The notes under the pieces are model-generated. The model was not told the origin of the DNA. It did no database searches and saw only the letters and a list, made by a program, of their open reading frames with translations. The position numbers and the translations under genes were made by a program. A stretch of 64,000 nt of DNA from Flavobacteriales bacterium UBA3364. Its GTDB lineage: Bacteria; Bacteroidota; Bacteroidia; Flavobacteriales_F; PHOS-HE28. Shown here piece by piece: positions 40,945-52,278 of this stretch; the first letter of the stretch is position 1, and each line of letters opens with the position of its first letter. The stretch lies in assembly GCA_002360495.1 (NCBI GenBank), contig DEQO01000066.1, forward strand, positions 10,563-74,562. The letters run 5' to 3'.

Positions 40945-42387
40945 TTAGTGGGTGATAGTCACTTTACGTGTGGCCGTCATGCCGTCCGCCAGCACGGTCA
41001 TGAAGTAGCTGCCTTCGGCGATATCGCTCAGGTCCAAAGCGGCCTGTTGAGCACCAGCTCCGAAGCTCCTGGAGTTCTGGTACACCACTTCGCCCAGCAT
41101 GTTCATCACGGAAATGTTCACCACGGCCGCACCGGGCAGATCAAGGTTCACGTTCAGGATGCCGTTCGTCGGATTGGGGAAGATGGACAGACCGTTCTCC
41201 AACACGTTCTCCTCGACGGATGCGGCAACAGAGGTCTTGAACGGTTCGACGTCGATGTCATCGAACGCCCCACCGGTAAGGATGTTCACACCGTTCGCTT
41301 TCAAGCGGAAGTAGCCCGTTCCGTAATCGCAGCAGATACCATCACCGACGGCGTCGTAGATCTCGAAACGATAGCATTCGTTATCGTTGAGTGTCCAGTC
41401 GTAGGTGTACACGGTAGCAGCGGTGTATGGGGTCGTAGGGTCCTGTGCAACGATATCTCCGGCCTCGTCGAACAACTTCCAAGTGGTTTCGTTGGGGTAG
41501 TTGTCCGTCTTCAGTTCCAGTTGGACCTCGATCTCAGGCATGATCGAATTGTCCCCTGTGATAGACCCATTCACGGCGTTGTTACTCGCCACATCGTCGG
41601 TGGCCAGGAGCGTGTACGTGATGTTGTTGCTGGCGGTCGTCGGTGTGAAGGTGGTGATGGTGACGGTCTCCAGTTCGTAGGTACCCAGGTTCCCGGTCCA
41701 GTTCGCTGTTCCGAGCACTTCTGTACCGCGCTTAGCCTCGATGGTTCCGCTGGTCAACGGGGTCGTTCCCGTATTCTGCAGGCGGATGCTCAAGTCCACG
41801 GGGGTTCCCAAGCAGATCACCGGGCTGTTGACGTTGGGCAGAACGGAACCATCCGTTGGCGAATCAGCCAGGTATTGGTTGCACCCCTGGCACGAGGTCC
41901 AGAGCGCGCTGGAACTCAACGGCCCCACTTCGGTGATCATGCGGTTGGGGCAAACGCGGTAGACCGTTGGGAAATAACCGATCTCCAATAGGTCGGCGAT
42001 ATCGCCATCATCAATGATGGGATAGGTCGTCCCCTCCACCCAGTCACCTTGGGTGTTGGCTCCGGAGCCGTTCAGGTTGGCCAGGGTCGTTTGAGGATCG
42101 CCCTCGATGAAGAACACCATGGCCTTGTTGTCCGCAGTACCCGGTCCGTGGGTATCGTACAAGGTGCGCAGTGCATGGGTCTCATGATAACTCCAGCACG
42201 GACCGCACCACGTGGCACTCACATCGATGAATACGGTGTATCCTTAGTCCAGATAGTCGTACAGCGTATGGGATTGGCCGTCCAGGTCGGTCCCGGTCCA
42301 GTTGGGACAGATCCGGTAGTCCGGCATTTGTGCGTTCGCGGCCGTAGCCAGTGCCAACGCAGAGGATAGGAGTAAGTTCTTTTTCAT
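40945..42387 (-). pseudogene. thioredoxin-like T9SS cargo protein interrupted by one in-frame TAA
   Basis: ORFs 42244..42516 and 40945..42222 are in the same frame. Read-through gives ...HTLYDYLD*GYTVFIDVSATWCGPCW..., i.e. a signal peptide (MKKNLLLSSALALATAANAQ), a Trx WCGPC motif, and a T9SS CTD (LSIFPNPTNGILNV...RKVTITH). Confidence 0.7.
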
Positions 42388-42574
42388 GCGGGGAGCAGGT
42401 GTGTTTGGTGTTCTGTGAGCGACCGCAGGCCGTTGTTGTCCATTGCGGGTGTCGAAAGTAGAGGCATGTACGACACGGCTTACAGCGGCTTGTCGACAGG
42501 ATTGGGATCCTATCATCCCTTATTGGGCAAGTCGAACAACACATTCGAGGGACGGACCTACTGAAGTTGGGATC

Positions 42575-42582
42575 TACCTTTG
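42575..42582 (+). promoter_or_regulatory. candidate Bacteroidota -7 promoter box (TAnnTTTG)
   Basis: TACCTTTG is an exact match to TAnnTTTG and lies 40 nt upstream of ATG 42623. Confidence 0.3.
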
Positions 42583-42622
42583 TCCAACCCCGAATAACCA
42601 GTAACGTCCAAGTACCTGAACT

Positions 42623-43378
42623 ATGGCATTACGCTACATTTTCCCCTTCGCTGTCCTTTCCGCCTTTACCAACGCCTCAGCCCAAGGTCTGGTGACCTTG
42701 ACCGATGAGGATGGGAACGTGGTCAACGGAACTGTGATCTTCGTATCGACCACGCCGGAGGAGATACGCGATACGGTCAGCTTGACCACCCTTGTGGTCG
42801 GAACGGAGGACCGCGACGTCATGATCCGGCGTTACGAGGTCTGGCCGGTGGAAGGATCGCGCAATATGTTCTGCTGGGGTGTTTGCTATTCCGCATCCAG
42901 TTCGGGCACCCATCCTGTTTGGGAGTCCCCGCATCCTGAAACGCTATCGCAGGGCCAGCCCTTCGATGGTTTCCATGCCTACTACGAACCGACGGGCATG
43001 TCCGGTACGGCCCGTTTCCGCTACGTGTGGTATGACAACAACGTACCCGATGCCCCTGACAGCAGCTGGGTGGACATCGACTTTGGTGGTGCCGTGGGGA
43101 TATCGGAGAAAGCCGGTCTTAATGCTGAGTTGAACGCCACACCGAACCCCTCTGCCGGGAACGAGATAGTGTTGAATTACACCTTGGCCGATCTAGGGCA
43201 GGGATCCGAGATCACCCTCTACAATGTCCTTGGTGAGAAGGTACGTCACCAGGCCCTTGCCAGCACACAAGGGCGTGTAACGATCGCGAGTGCTGATCTG
43301 CACAACGGCGTCTATTTCGCCAACATCGTTCGCAACGGCCGCATGGTCGCCACCCGCCGGGTGGTCATATCCCGCTAG
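42623..43378 (+). CDS. hypothetical T9SS cargo protein
   Basis: Signal peptide MALRYIFPFAVLSAFTNASAQ. C-terminal sorting domain ATPNPSAGNEIVLNYTL...GVYFANIVRNGRMVATRRVVISR. Confidence 0.7.
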   Translation: MALRYIFPFAVLSAFTNASAQGLVTLTDEDGNVVNGTVIFVSTTPEEIRDTVSLTTLVVGTEDRDVMIRRYEVWPVEGSRNMFCWGVCYSASSSGTHPVWESPHPETLSQGQPFDGFHAYYEPTGMSGTARFRYVWYDNNVPDAPDSSWVDIDFGGAVGISEKAGLNAELNATPNPSAGNEIVLNYTLADLGQGSEITLYNVLGEKVRHQALASTQGRVTIASADLHNGVYFANIVRNGRMVATRRVVISR

Positions 43379-44070
43379 TCCCGTTCATTCATCCAATCCA
43401 AAGCCAGCGAGGGTACTCCTTCGCTGGCTTTCGTCTTGATATGGGTCACTCCGTGCCGGCGGATCTCCACTTCGCCGGGGTCCACAAGCACGATGGGACA
43501 GCCCTGCCGGGCATAGTGGACCAGGCCGGCCGCCGGATAAACGGCCAATGAGGTCCCTACCACCAATAGGCGGTCCGCCCGGCTGACCAGTTCTGCGGCC
43601 TCGGGCAACAAGGGCACCTCTTCCCCGAACCAAACGATGTGCGGTCGGAGTTGGGATCCCAGTGGGCATAGTGCTCCCAAGGCCAGGGATGGTCCGTTGA
43701 TCCGTGTGACCAATGAGGGGTCGACGGTGCTACGCGCCTTCAGCACCTCCCCATGCAGATGGAGCACACGGCTGCTCCCGGCCCGCTCATGGAGGTCGTC
43801 GATATTCTGTGTGATCACATCGACATGGAAGCACCGTTCCAGTGTTGCAATGGCCCTGTGCGCCAGGTTGGGAACGGCCTGGATCACCTGGGCCCGGCGG
43901 AGGTCATAGAAATGCAGGACGGTAGCGGGATCCCGGTGCCATGCCTCCGGTGTGGCCACATCCTCCAAGCGGTACTCTTCCCACAACCCATCGCTGTCGC
44001 GGAAGGTGCGCAGGCCGCTTTCCGCGCTGATCCCGGCCCCGGTAAATACCACGATGCGTTGTCGTTCCAT
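43375..44070 (-). CDS. cobB: NAD-dependent protein deacylase (Sir2 family)
   Basis: ORF 43375..44112; start taken at ATG 44070 (MERQRIVVFTGAGISAESGLRTFR). Motifs QNIDDLHERAG and LHGE are present. Confidence 0.85.
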   Translation of the reverse strand: MERQRIVVFTGAGISAESGLRTFRDSDGLWEEYRLEDVATPEAWHRDPATVLHFYDLRRAQVIQAVPNLAHRAIATLERCFHVDVITQNIDDLHERAGSSRVLHLHGEVLKARSTVDPSLVTRINGPSLALGALCPLGSQLRPHIVWFGEEVPLLPEAAELVSRADRLLVVGTSLAVYPAAGLVHYARQGCPIVLVDPGEVEIRRHGVTHIKTKASEGVPSLALDWMNERD

Positions 44071-44252
44071 TCCGGTTCGCAGTTCGGGGAGCATGGGCCT
44101 CGTCCGCCGCACTCAAAGTAACCCATCAAAAGGATGGCTTCAGGAACGGTAGCTTCCGTTATTTTCGCGCCTCTTCGTTGGACCATACCCGCTGCGCATA
44201 GCACGACGTTACCCCCCTTTTTAGTACACAAGCCCGACGTGAAGGGGACAGG

Positions 44253-44861
44253 ATGATCGATAGCCTGAACGGTGAAGTATTGGATGTTGCGCAGGACCAT
44301 GTGACGGTCGATTGCCACGGTGTGGGCTATCTGGTACATGCCCCGGCCTCCACACTGGCGCAGCTTCCCCGGCAAGGCAGGGTGCGGTTGCACGTGCATT
44401 ATGCAGTCACCGTGGATGTGCGTTCGGGAAGCAGTGATCATCGCCTGTTCGGTTTCCTGCACCGGGACGACAGGCAGTTGTTCCGCCGGTTGATCGAGGT
44501 GCAGGGCGTGAGCGCCACCATCGGCATGGGGATCATGGGCGTTCGCACGGCACAGGAGATCCACACTGCGATCCTGACAGGCGATGAGTCCATGTTGAAA
44601 GGCGTGAAGGGGATCGGTCCCAAACTGGCACAGCGGATCATTGCCGACCTGCAGGGCAAACTGTCCGGTGTGCCATTGCCCAGCGGCGGGGTCGTGATGT
44701 CCCCGGGCAATACCCTCAAGACCGAGGCGTTATCGGCGTTGATCTCCCTGGGGGTGGATCGCATGAAGGCCGAACGCGCCTTGAACACCGTGCTCCAGGA
44801 TCGGTCGAGCGAACCGCCATCGGTGGAGGAATTGATCAAGTTGACCCTGAAGAACCTCTGA
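44253..44861 (+). CDS. ruvA: Holliday junction DNA helicase subunit RuvA
   Basis: MIDSLNGEV...VDCHGVGYLVH OB-fold start and helix-hairpin-helix GVKGIGPKLAQRI. Confidence 0.9.
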   Translation: MIDSLNGEVLDVAQDHVTVDCHGVGYLVHAPASTLAQLPRQGRVRLHVHYAVTVDVRSGSSDHRLFGFLHRDDRQLFRRLIEVQGVSATIGMGIMGVRTAQEIHTAILTGDESMLKGVKGIGPKLAQRIIADLQGKLSGVPLPSGGVVMSPGNTLKTEALSALISLGVDRMKAERALNTVLQDRSSEPPSVEELIKLTLKNL

Positions 44862-44877
44862 CCGTCCGACAACCTCA

Positions 44878-47800
44878 ATGACCTCGTACCTCATTCCGAA
44901 ACGCCTTTGGGGCATGCTGGGCAGGATCGTCCTGCTTGCGGTGATGGCCGGGGCGGCGGATGATGTGAAAGGGCGGGCTTTGCTGTACACGGCCCTGGTG
45001 ATGCAGGTGGATTCGCCGGAGGTGCAGCTCCAGTTCCCGCTCACCGATCCGCTTACACCGGGCGCACCGTCCACCGGGAACATCAACCTCGCCGATCCCG
45101 ATAACATCCGGAACGAAGTGATCTACGACCCGGTCACCGGTCAGTATATCATGCAGAGTTCCGTGGGCGGCTCCTTCGACTACCGGCCGCCCATGAGCCT
45201 GTCGTTGGACGAGTACCTGAACTACGACATGCAGCGCAGTATGGAGAACTACTGGCTGGACCGCGTGGAGGAGGACAGCCAGAGCGCGCAGAAGGAGTTG
45301 ATCCCTGCGATCAAGGTGCGCGGTGAGGCGTTCGACCGGATCTTCGGTGGGAACACCATCGACATCAAGCCGCGGGGCTCGGCGGAGGTCATCTTCGGCA
45401 TCAACATCAGCAAGACGGAGAACCCGCGGATCCCGATCAACCAGCGGCGCATCACCACGTTCAACTTCGACCAGCGGATCCAGTTGAACCTCGTGGGGAA
45501 TATCGGGGAGAAGCTGAAGATCAACACCAACTACAACACCCAGGCCACCTTCGATTTCGAGAACCAGGTGAAGTTGGACTACACCGGGTACGAGGACGAG
45601 ATCATCCAGAAGATCGAGGCCGGGAACGTGAGCCTTCCCTTGCGCGGCACGCTGATCCAGGGCAGCCAAAGCCTCTTCGGTTTGAAAACGGAACTGCGTT
45701 TCGGCCGGTTGACCGCCACCGCGATCTTCAGCCAGGAGAAGGGCCAGCGCCGCAACGTACAGTCGCAGGGCGGTGCACAGACCACCAACTTCGATATCAA
45801 GGCGGACGAATACGAAGCCAACAAGCACTACTTCCTGAACTACTTCTTCAGGGACCGGTACGATGCGGCCATGCGCACGCTGCCCACGGTGAACAGCGGT
45901 GCCCTCATCCAGCGGATCGAGGTGTGGGTGACCAACACCCGGCAGGACTTCCAGCAAACGCGGAACATCGTCGCTTTCACCGACCTCGGTGAGGATGCCA
46001 GTGCAGCGTCCATCGCGGCAGGACACATCAGCACCGGCCTACCGCCCGGGCTGGTGCAGGACGGGCCCGGCGACCGTGCCGACAATGCCGCGAACACCTT
46101 GTACCAGCAAGTAAGTACCAACACGGGCATCACCGGGTTCGAGAATTCCAGTGAGGCCTTGCAGCAGCTCGGGCTTGTGGCCTCGCGCCACTTCGAAAAG
46201 CTGGAAAGTGCGCGCTTGCTCACACCCAGCGAATACACCGTGAACCAGCGCCTCGGTTTCATCACCTTGAACCAGCAGCTGAACAACGATGAGGTGCTGG
46301 CCGTGGCCTATCAATACACGCTCGACGGCATCACCTACCAGGTGGGCCAATTCGCCCAGGACGGGGTGTTCACCGGGACCGATCCCGGAGGGGGCACCGG
46401 AACGCAGGAGCCGCAAGGCACCGAGGCATTGGTCCTGCGCCTGCTGAAGGCCACGATCACCAATCCACGGATCCCGCTCTGGGACCTGATGATGAAGAAC
46501 GTGTACTCGTTGGGCGCCTTCCAGGTGAACGAGGACAAGTTCCGCCTGGACCTGATCTACAACAACCCCGTTACAGGCGTCGATGTGAACTACATCCCCC
46601 TGGCGCCGCTGGACCAGATCCCGTTGATCCAGTCGTTGGGCATGGACCGGCTGGATCCGAACAATGCGCCGAACCCGGATGGTTGGTTCGACTTCATCGA
46701 CAATGCAGCCACCACCGGTGGCACGATCCAATCACAGAGCGGGCGTGTGTATTTCACCGTGCTGGAGCCCTTCGGCAGTTACCTGGACGCCCAACTTGTC
46801 GGGGTGCCCCCGGAGATCAAACGCACCATCGTCTACCAGCAGTTGTACGACAGCACCAAGGTCGCCGCGCAGAACATCCCGGAGCTGAACCGTTTCCGTT
46901 TGAAGGGCAGTTATCGTTCCGCGAGCAGTGATGTGATCTCGCTGAACTCCGTGAACATCCCGCAGGGTTCCGTGAGCGTTACCGCGGGTGGTGTGAAGTT
47001 GATCGAGAACCAGGACTACACCGTGGACTACAACCTGGGCCGTGTGCGGATCCTGAACCAGGGGATCCTGGAAAGCGGCACGCCGATCAATATCGCATTG
47101 GAGAGCAACTCGCTCTTCAGCATACAGACGAAGACACTGGCCGGGGCGCGGTTCGACTATAAGATCAACAAGGATTTCATCATCGGTGGTACGGTGATGA
47201 ACCTCTACGAACGACCGTTGACCCAGAAGGTGAACGTGGGGGAGGAGCCGATCCGGAACACGATGCTCGGGCTGGATGCGAACTGGCAGAGCAAGTCGCA
47301 ATGGCTCACGGACATGGTGGACAAACTGCCGTTCTATGCAACAAAGCAGGAGAGCAACGTGACCGCGAGCCTGGAGGCCGCGTACTTGATCCCCGGCCAC
47401 AGCCGCGCGATCGGGAATGCCGGCACCAGCTACATCGACGACTTCGAGGGCAGCGTTAGCGTGATCGACCTGCGTACACAAAGCCTCTGGTTCCACGCCG
47501 CCGTTCCGCAGGGGCAGTTCTCGCTTTTCCCCGAGGGCGAACTGGTGAACGATCTGGGCGCGGGCTTCCGCCGCGCGCGATTGTCGTGGTACGTGATCGA
47601 TCCGCTGTTCTTCCGCAACAACGAACTGACCCCCGCGAACATCAGCAACAGCACATCCATCCGGTCCGACAACCGGATGCGCGAGGTCCTGGAGCAGGAA
47701 GTGTTCCCCAACCGCCAGCTGGCTGCGGGCACCCCGACCAACATCCCGGTGTTGGACCTCACCTACTATCCGTCGGAACGCGGTCCGTACAACTACAACC

Positions 47801-50800
47801 CCGACCTGACGGACCAGGGTGATCTCTTCACACCGGAGAACAACTGGGCCGGTATCACGCGGCGCATCACCACAACGGATTTCGAGGCCAGCAACATCGA
47901 GACGATCCAGTTCTGGGTGATGGATCCGTTCTACAACGCGAGCAACAGTGCCGGGGAGCCGGCCACGAACGTGAACTCGGTCAACAGCACTGGTGGTGAC
48001 CTCTATATCAACCTGGGGAACATCAGCGAGGACATCCTGCGTGATGGGCGCAAGAGTTTTGAGAACGGTCTGCCCAATGCGCCAGATGATGTCTCCCAAG
48101 AAACGGACGAGACCGTCTGGGGTGTCGTGCCGACCACCCAGAGCGTGGTGAACGCCTTCGCCATTGCCCAAGGGGACAACAACAGCAACCGCTTCCAGGA
48201 TGTCGGGCAGGATGGCCTCGCGAGCCCGGCAACGGGGATCGCCGGAAGGGACGAGTCCGTTTTCTTCGCGGATTACCTGAACACCCTGAACCCCGGCGCG
48301 CGCAACCGGTGGCAGACGGACCCCTCCAACGACGATTACCACTTCTTCCGCGGCTCTGATTATGATGCCGACGGTTTGGACGTGCTGGAGCGCTACAAAC
48401 GGTTCAACGATCCGGAGGGCAACAGCATCACCGACGAGGATGCGCAGGAGAATTACCCCACACAACAGACCACCCTGCCTACCACGGAAGACATCAACCA
48501 GGACCAGAACCTTTCAGAGAACGAGAGCTATTGGCAATACAAGATCCCATTGAAACCTGCGGACATGGTCGTGGGCCGGGGTTTCATCACCGACCGGATC
48601 CTGGGCACGGCCAATACGCCCGAAGGTCCCAAGCAAGTGTACTGGTACCAGTTCAAGGTACCGGTGAAACAACCCACCGATGTGATCAATGGGATCCAGG
48701 ATTTCCGCAGCATCCGGTTCCTGCGGATGTTCATGCACGGCTGGCAGCAGGAGGCCACGCTACGCTTCGCACGCTTCGAGTTCGTCCGCGGCGAATGGCG
48801 GAAGTACTTGCAGACCTTGCAGACCCCGGGCGAGGTGATCCCTGGCGACCCCGACCCAACACTGTTCGAGATCGCCGCGGTGAACATCGAGGAGAACGGC
48901 AACCGAACGCCCATCAACTATGTGCTGCCGCCCAACATCAACCAGGAGATCGATGTGGCCAGTGCGAACCTGCGTAACCTGAACGAACAATCGCTGCAGT
49001 TGCGGGTATGCAACCTGCCCGATGGGGATGCGCGTGCCGGCTTCCGCAATGTGCAGTTCGATATCCGCAGCTACAAGAAGCTGCGCATGTACATCCACGC
49101 CGAGTCGCGTGACGCCAACTTCCCGATCGAGTACGGTGATGCCACCGTGTTCGTGCGGTTGGGCAATGACCTCGATCAGAACTACTACGAATACGAGGTG
49201 CCAGTGGTGCCTTCGCAGTTCTTCAACCGCGACCCGTTCAGTGTCTGGCCCGAGGCGAACAACATGATCATCGAGTTCGCCAAACTGAACGACCTGAAGA
49301 TCCAACGTGACCAGTCGGGCGCTTCGCGCACGGATCGTTATGCCGGCAGCGATGGCGACCGCCGTGTGTTCGTGAAGGGGAACCCGAACCTGAGCCAGAT
49401 GCGTTCGATCATGATCGGTGTTCGCAACCCGAAGAAGGAGGGTGACGAGGCCAATCCATGGAAGCAGGACGACGGCCTGCCGAAGTGCCTTGAGGTGTGG
49501 GTGAACGAACTACGCTTGACCGATTTCGACCAGAGCGGTGGCTGGGCTACACTGGGGCGTGTGAACGCGCAACTGGCCGACCTGGGGAACGTGAGCGTGG
49601 CCGGTAATTACAGCACGCCCTTCTGGGGCAGCATCGACAAGCGGGTAAGCGAGCGCCAGCGCGAAACGAAGTACGGCGTGGACGTGAGCGCCAACCTGGA
49701 GATGGGCAAATTCCTACCGGAGGCCAGCCAGGTGAAAGTGCCGCTGTACATCGGGTATACCGAGCAGATCAGCGATCCGCAGTTCGATCCCTTGAACCCG
49801 GACATCCTGTTCACCGATGCGACCCGAACGCTATCCAAGGATGAGCGAAAGGAACGCAAGAAGCTCACCCAGACCTACACACGGAGACGGAGCATCAACC
49901 TCACCAACGTACGCAAGGAGCGGGAACAGGGTAGCAAGGAGCAGTTCTTCGATGTGGAGAACCTGAGCTTCAACTATGCCTATGGTGACCAGGAGTACCG
50001 CGACGTGAACACGGCCTACGAGAACACCCGCACGTACCGGGGTTCGATCGCGTACGTGCACAACCCGAAGCCCCGCCCGATCGAACCTTTCGCGGACGTG
50101 GGCTTCGTGAGCAAGAGCAAATGGCTGAAGCTGGTGAAGGATTTCAACGTGAACATGGGCTTCAAGCAGATAACCATGCGCACGGCCGTCGACCGGAGCT
50201 ATCTGGAACGCCTGGTCCGCCCCAACCCGGACATCGAGACCCTGCCACCGACCCCCACCTACAACAAGCACTTCAACTGGAACAGCCAGTACGGCTTCCG
50301 GTACGACATCACCAAGTCGTTGAAGGTGGATTTCAATGCGAACAACATGGCCTTCATCGGGGAGACCCCGGGCCGTGTGAACGCCAAGTCCGGGAACGAT
50401 TATGACCTGTGGAAGGATAGCGTTCTGACAAGTATCAGGAACTGGGGAGAACCATCGCACTACGATCACACGATCGGCATCACCTACACACTGCCGCTGG
50501 ACAAATTCCCGCTCACCGACTGGCTTACGGTGAACACGGGGTATACCGCAGGATATCAGTGGGACCGCGCGCCACTGACGCAGGATTCATTGGGTGCGGT
50601 GATCCAGAACTCCCAGAACATCTCGGTGAACGGTCAGCTGAACTTCGTCAACCTCTACAACAAGTCGAAGTTCCTGAAGAAGGTGAACGACAAAGGCAAA
50701 GGGCGACCGGCGAAAGCGGGCGGCGGCAAGACGAGTGTGGCCAAACCGGACTCCACGGCGAAGCAACCGAAAGGCGAGCCGTTCAACATCCTCGAAGCCT

Positions 50801-52158
50801 TCGCCCGCGTTATCATGATCGTGCGCACCGGCACCGTGACCTACAGCCAGACATCAGGTATCCTGCTGCCGGGCTACTCAAGGGCGACCAACATCATCGG
50901 GATGGACAACTTCGGGGCTCCGGGCTTCGGGTTCATCACGGGTCAGCAGAACCACGACCTCAGTGGCGACATCGTGCGCGACTTCGCGACCAGCGCCTCG
51001 CAGCGTGGATGGCTGGTCACCACACCGTCGATCTTCAATCCGTACACGAACGCGCGGAACGAGACCTTCAATGCGCGGCTCAGTTTGGAACCGTTCAGGG
51101 GCATGCGCATCGAACTGATGGCCAACCGGACCAAGGCCGACAACAACAGTTCCTTCTTCCGCTACAACAACGAGGAACAGCGGTATGTCAACGACAGTCC
51201 ACGGGATGCGGGAAGCTTCAGCGTTAGCATGCTGAACTGGCGCACCACTTTCTCCAAGGACGACAAGAACTTCGTGAACCAGGTCTTCCAGAACCTGCTG
51301 GACAACCGCACGGTCATCAGTTCCCGCCTGGGGGCCGCAGCCGGTCTGGCGTTGGATCCGGGCACGGGCTATGTCCAAGGGTACGGCCCAACGAACCAGG
51401 ATGTCGTCATACCATCTTTCCTGGCCGCCTACACCGGCAAGAGCGCGGAGAACGTGAAGCTGGACCCCCTCACCTTGGTGCCCGCACCGAACTGGGATGT
51501 GACGTACGACGGCCTCACCAAGATCGCCATGTTCGAGAAGATGTTCCGCACCTTCACGGTGAAGAACAGCTACCGCTCCACGTTCAACGTCTCCAGCTAC
51601 CAGACCAACCTCCTCTACACGGAAGGAGCAGGGGTGACGGACGATGCGGGCAACTTCATCCCGGAACGCCAGATCGCCGTGGTCACGATCCAGGAAGTGA
51701 TGCGTCCGCTGCTGGGCTTCGACGCCACCTTGAAGAACAGCCTGCTGGCGAAGTTCGAATACAACAGGGACCGCAACCTCAGCCTCAGCCTCACGAACAA
51801 CCAGGTCACCGAAGTGCGCGGCAAGGAATATGTCGTGGGTACAGGCTATCGGTTGAAGGATGTGAAATTCCCCTTCGCGATCGGCGGCAATACCCCGAAG
51901 AGCGATCTGAACCTGAGGGTCGATCTGAGCCTTCGCGACAACGCCACGGTCATCCGCAAGATCCAGGAGGAGCAGAACCAGGTCACGGCCGGGCAGAACA
52001 TCATCTCCATAAAGACCTCCGCGGATTACGTGGTCAACCAGCGGCTCAACGTCCGGGCCTTCTATGAACGCGTGATCAATACCCCGGTGATCTCCACCTC
52101 CTTCCCCTCGGCCAACACCAACGCGGGGATCAGCCTGCGGTTCACGTTGGCGCAGTAG
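44878..52158 (+). CDS. sprA: T9SS translocon / gliding-motility protein SprA
   Basis: Single 2426-aa ORF with an N-terminal signal/TM and beta-rich, Asn/Tyr/Gly-rich sequence throughout. Its size and its position between ruvA and gcvH match SprA of Bacteroidota. Confidence 0.9.
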   Translation: MTSYLIPKRLWGMLGRIVLLAVMAGAADDVKGRALLYTALVMQVDSPEVQLQFPLTDPLTPGAPSTGNINLADPDNIRNEVIYDPVTGQYIMQSSVGGSFDYRPPMSLSLDEYLNYDMQRSMENYWLDRVEEDSQSAQKELIPAIKVRGEAFDRIFGGNTIDIKPRGSAEVIFGINISKTENPRIPINQRRITTFNFDQRIQLNLVGNIGEKLKINTNYNTQATFDFENQVKLDYTGYEDEIIQKIEAGNVSLPLRGTLIQGSQSLFGLKTELRFGRLTATAIFSQEKGQRRNVQSQGGAQTTNFDIKADEYEANKHYFLNYFFRDRYDAAMRTLPTVNSGALIQRIEVWVTNTRQDFQQTRNIVAFTDLGEDASAASIAAGHISTGLPPGLVQDGPGDRADNAANTLYQQVSTNTGITGFENSSEALQQLGLVASRHFEKLESARLLTPSEYTVNQRLGFITLNQQLNNDEVLAVAYQYTLDGITYQVGQFAQDGVFTGTDPGGGTGTQEPQGTEALVLRLLKATITNPRIPLWDLMMKNVYSLGAFQVNEDKFRLDLIYNNPVTGVDVNYIPLAPLDQIPLIQSLGMDRLDPNNAPNPDGWFDFIDNAATTGGTIQSQSGRVYFTVLEPFGSYLDAQLVGVPPEIKRTIVYQQLYDSTKVAAQNIPELNRFRLKGSYRSASSDVISLNSVNIPQGSVSVTAGGVKLIENQDYTVDYNLGRVRILNQGILESGTPINIALESNSLFSIQTKTLAGARFDYKINKDFIIGGTVMNLYERPLTQKVNVGEEPIRNTMLGLDANWQSKSQWLTDMVDKLPFYATKQESNVTASLEAAYLIPGHSRAIGNAGTSYIDDFEGSVSVIDLRTQSLWFHAAVPQGQFSLFPEGELVNDLGAGFRRARLSWYVIDPLFFRNNELTPANISNSTSIRSDNRMREVLEQEVFPNRQLAAGTPTNIPVLDLTYYPSERGPYNYNPDLTDQGDLFTPENNWAGITRRITTTDFEASNIETIQFWVMDPFYNASNSAGEPATNVNSVNSTGGDLYINLGNISEDILRDGRKSFENGLPNAPDDVSQETDETVWGVVPTTQSVVNAFAIAQGDNNSNRFQDVGQDGLASPATGIAGRDESVFFADYLNTLNPGARNRWQTDPSNDDYHFFRGSDYDADGLDVLERYKRFNDPEGNSITDEDAQENYPTQQTTLPTTEDINQDQNLSENESYWQYKIPLKPADMVVGRGFITDRILGTANTPEGPKQVYWYQFKVPVKQPTDVINGIQDFRSIRFLRMFMHGWQQEATLRFARFEFVRGEWRKYLQTLQTPGEVIPGDPDPTLFEIAAVNIEENGNRTPINYVLPPNINQEIDVASANLRNLNEQSLQLRVCNLPDGDARAGFRNVQFDIRSYKKLRMYIHAESRDANFPIEYGDATVFVRLGNDLDQNYYEYEVPVVPSQFFNRDPFSVWPEANNMIIEFAKLNDLKIQRDQSGASRTDRYAGSDGDRRVFVKGNPNLSQMRSIMIGVRNPKKEGDEANPWKQDDGLPKCLEVWVNELRLTDFDQSGGWATLGRVNAQLADLGNVSVAGNYSTPFWGSIDKRVSERQRETKYGVDVSANLEMGKFLPEASQVKVPLYIGYTEQISDPQFDPLNPDILFTDATRTLSKDERKERKKLTQTYTRRRSINLTNVRKEREQGSKEQFFDVENLSFNYAYGDQEYRDVNTAYENTRTYRGSIAYVHNPKPRPIEPFADVGFVSKSKWLKLVKDFNVNMGFKQITMRTAVDRSYLERLVRPNPDIETLPPTPTYNKHFNWNSQYGFRYDITKSLKVDFNANNMAFIGETPGRVNAKSGNDYDLWKDSVLTSIRNWGEPSHYDHTIGITYTLPLDKFPLTDWLTVNTGYTAGYQWDRAPLTQDSLGAVIQNSQNISVNGQLNFVNLYNKSKFLKKVNDKGKGRPAKAGGGKTSVAKPDSTAKQPKGEPFNILEAFARVIMIVRTGTVTYSQTSGILLPGYSRATNIIGMDNFGAPGFGFITGQQNHDLSGDIVRDFATSASQRGWLVTTPSIFNPYTNARNETFNARLSLEPFRGMRIELMANRTKADNNSSFFRYNNEEQRYVNDSPRDAGSFSVSMLNWRTTFSKDDKNFVNQVFQNLLDNRTVISSRLGAAAGLALDPGTGYVQGYGPTNQDVVIPSFLAAYTGKSAENVKLDPLTLVPAPNWDVTYDGLTKIAMFEKMFRTFTVKNSYRSTFNVSSYQTNLLYTEGAGVTDDAGNFIPERQIAVVTIQEVMRPLLGFDATLKNSLLAKFEYNRDRNLSLSLTNNQVTEVRGKEYVVGTGYRLKDVKFPFAIGGNTPKSDLNLRVDLSLRDNATVIRKIQEEQNQVTAGQNIISIKTSADYVVNQRLNVRAFYERVINTPVISTSFPSANTNAGISLRFTLAQ

Positions 52159-52278
52159 CCTCGTCGAAATTCCCAGGAGCAGGTCTTTGGCCATTGCCCC
52201 TGCCTCTGCGCCTTCCCTGTCCCCATACCGTTGCACCCCTTACTTTCGCCACCAGATCAATCACGCTCTCAACAGACC

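Noticed and set aside
44875-52236. Several 200-580-aa minus-strand ORFs inside sprA
   Set aside because: All are antisense to the single uninterrupted 2426-codon sprA frame, and their translations are low-complexity.
52159-52278. Glycine riboswitch upstream of gcvH
   Set aside because: I could not find the conserved GGAGAG...CACCG core elements in the 120-nt leader.
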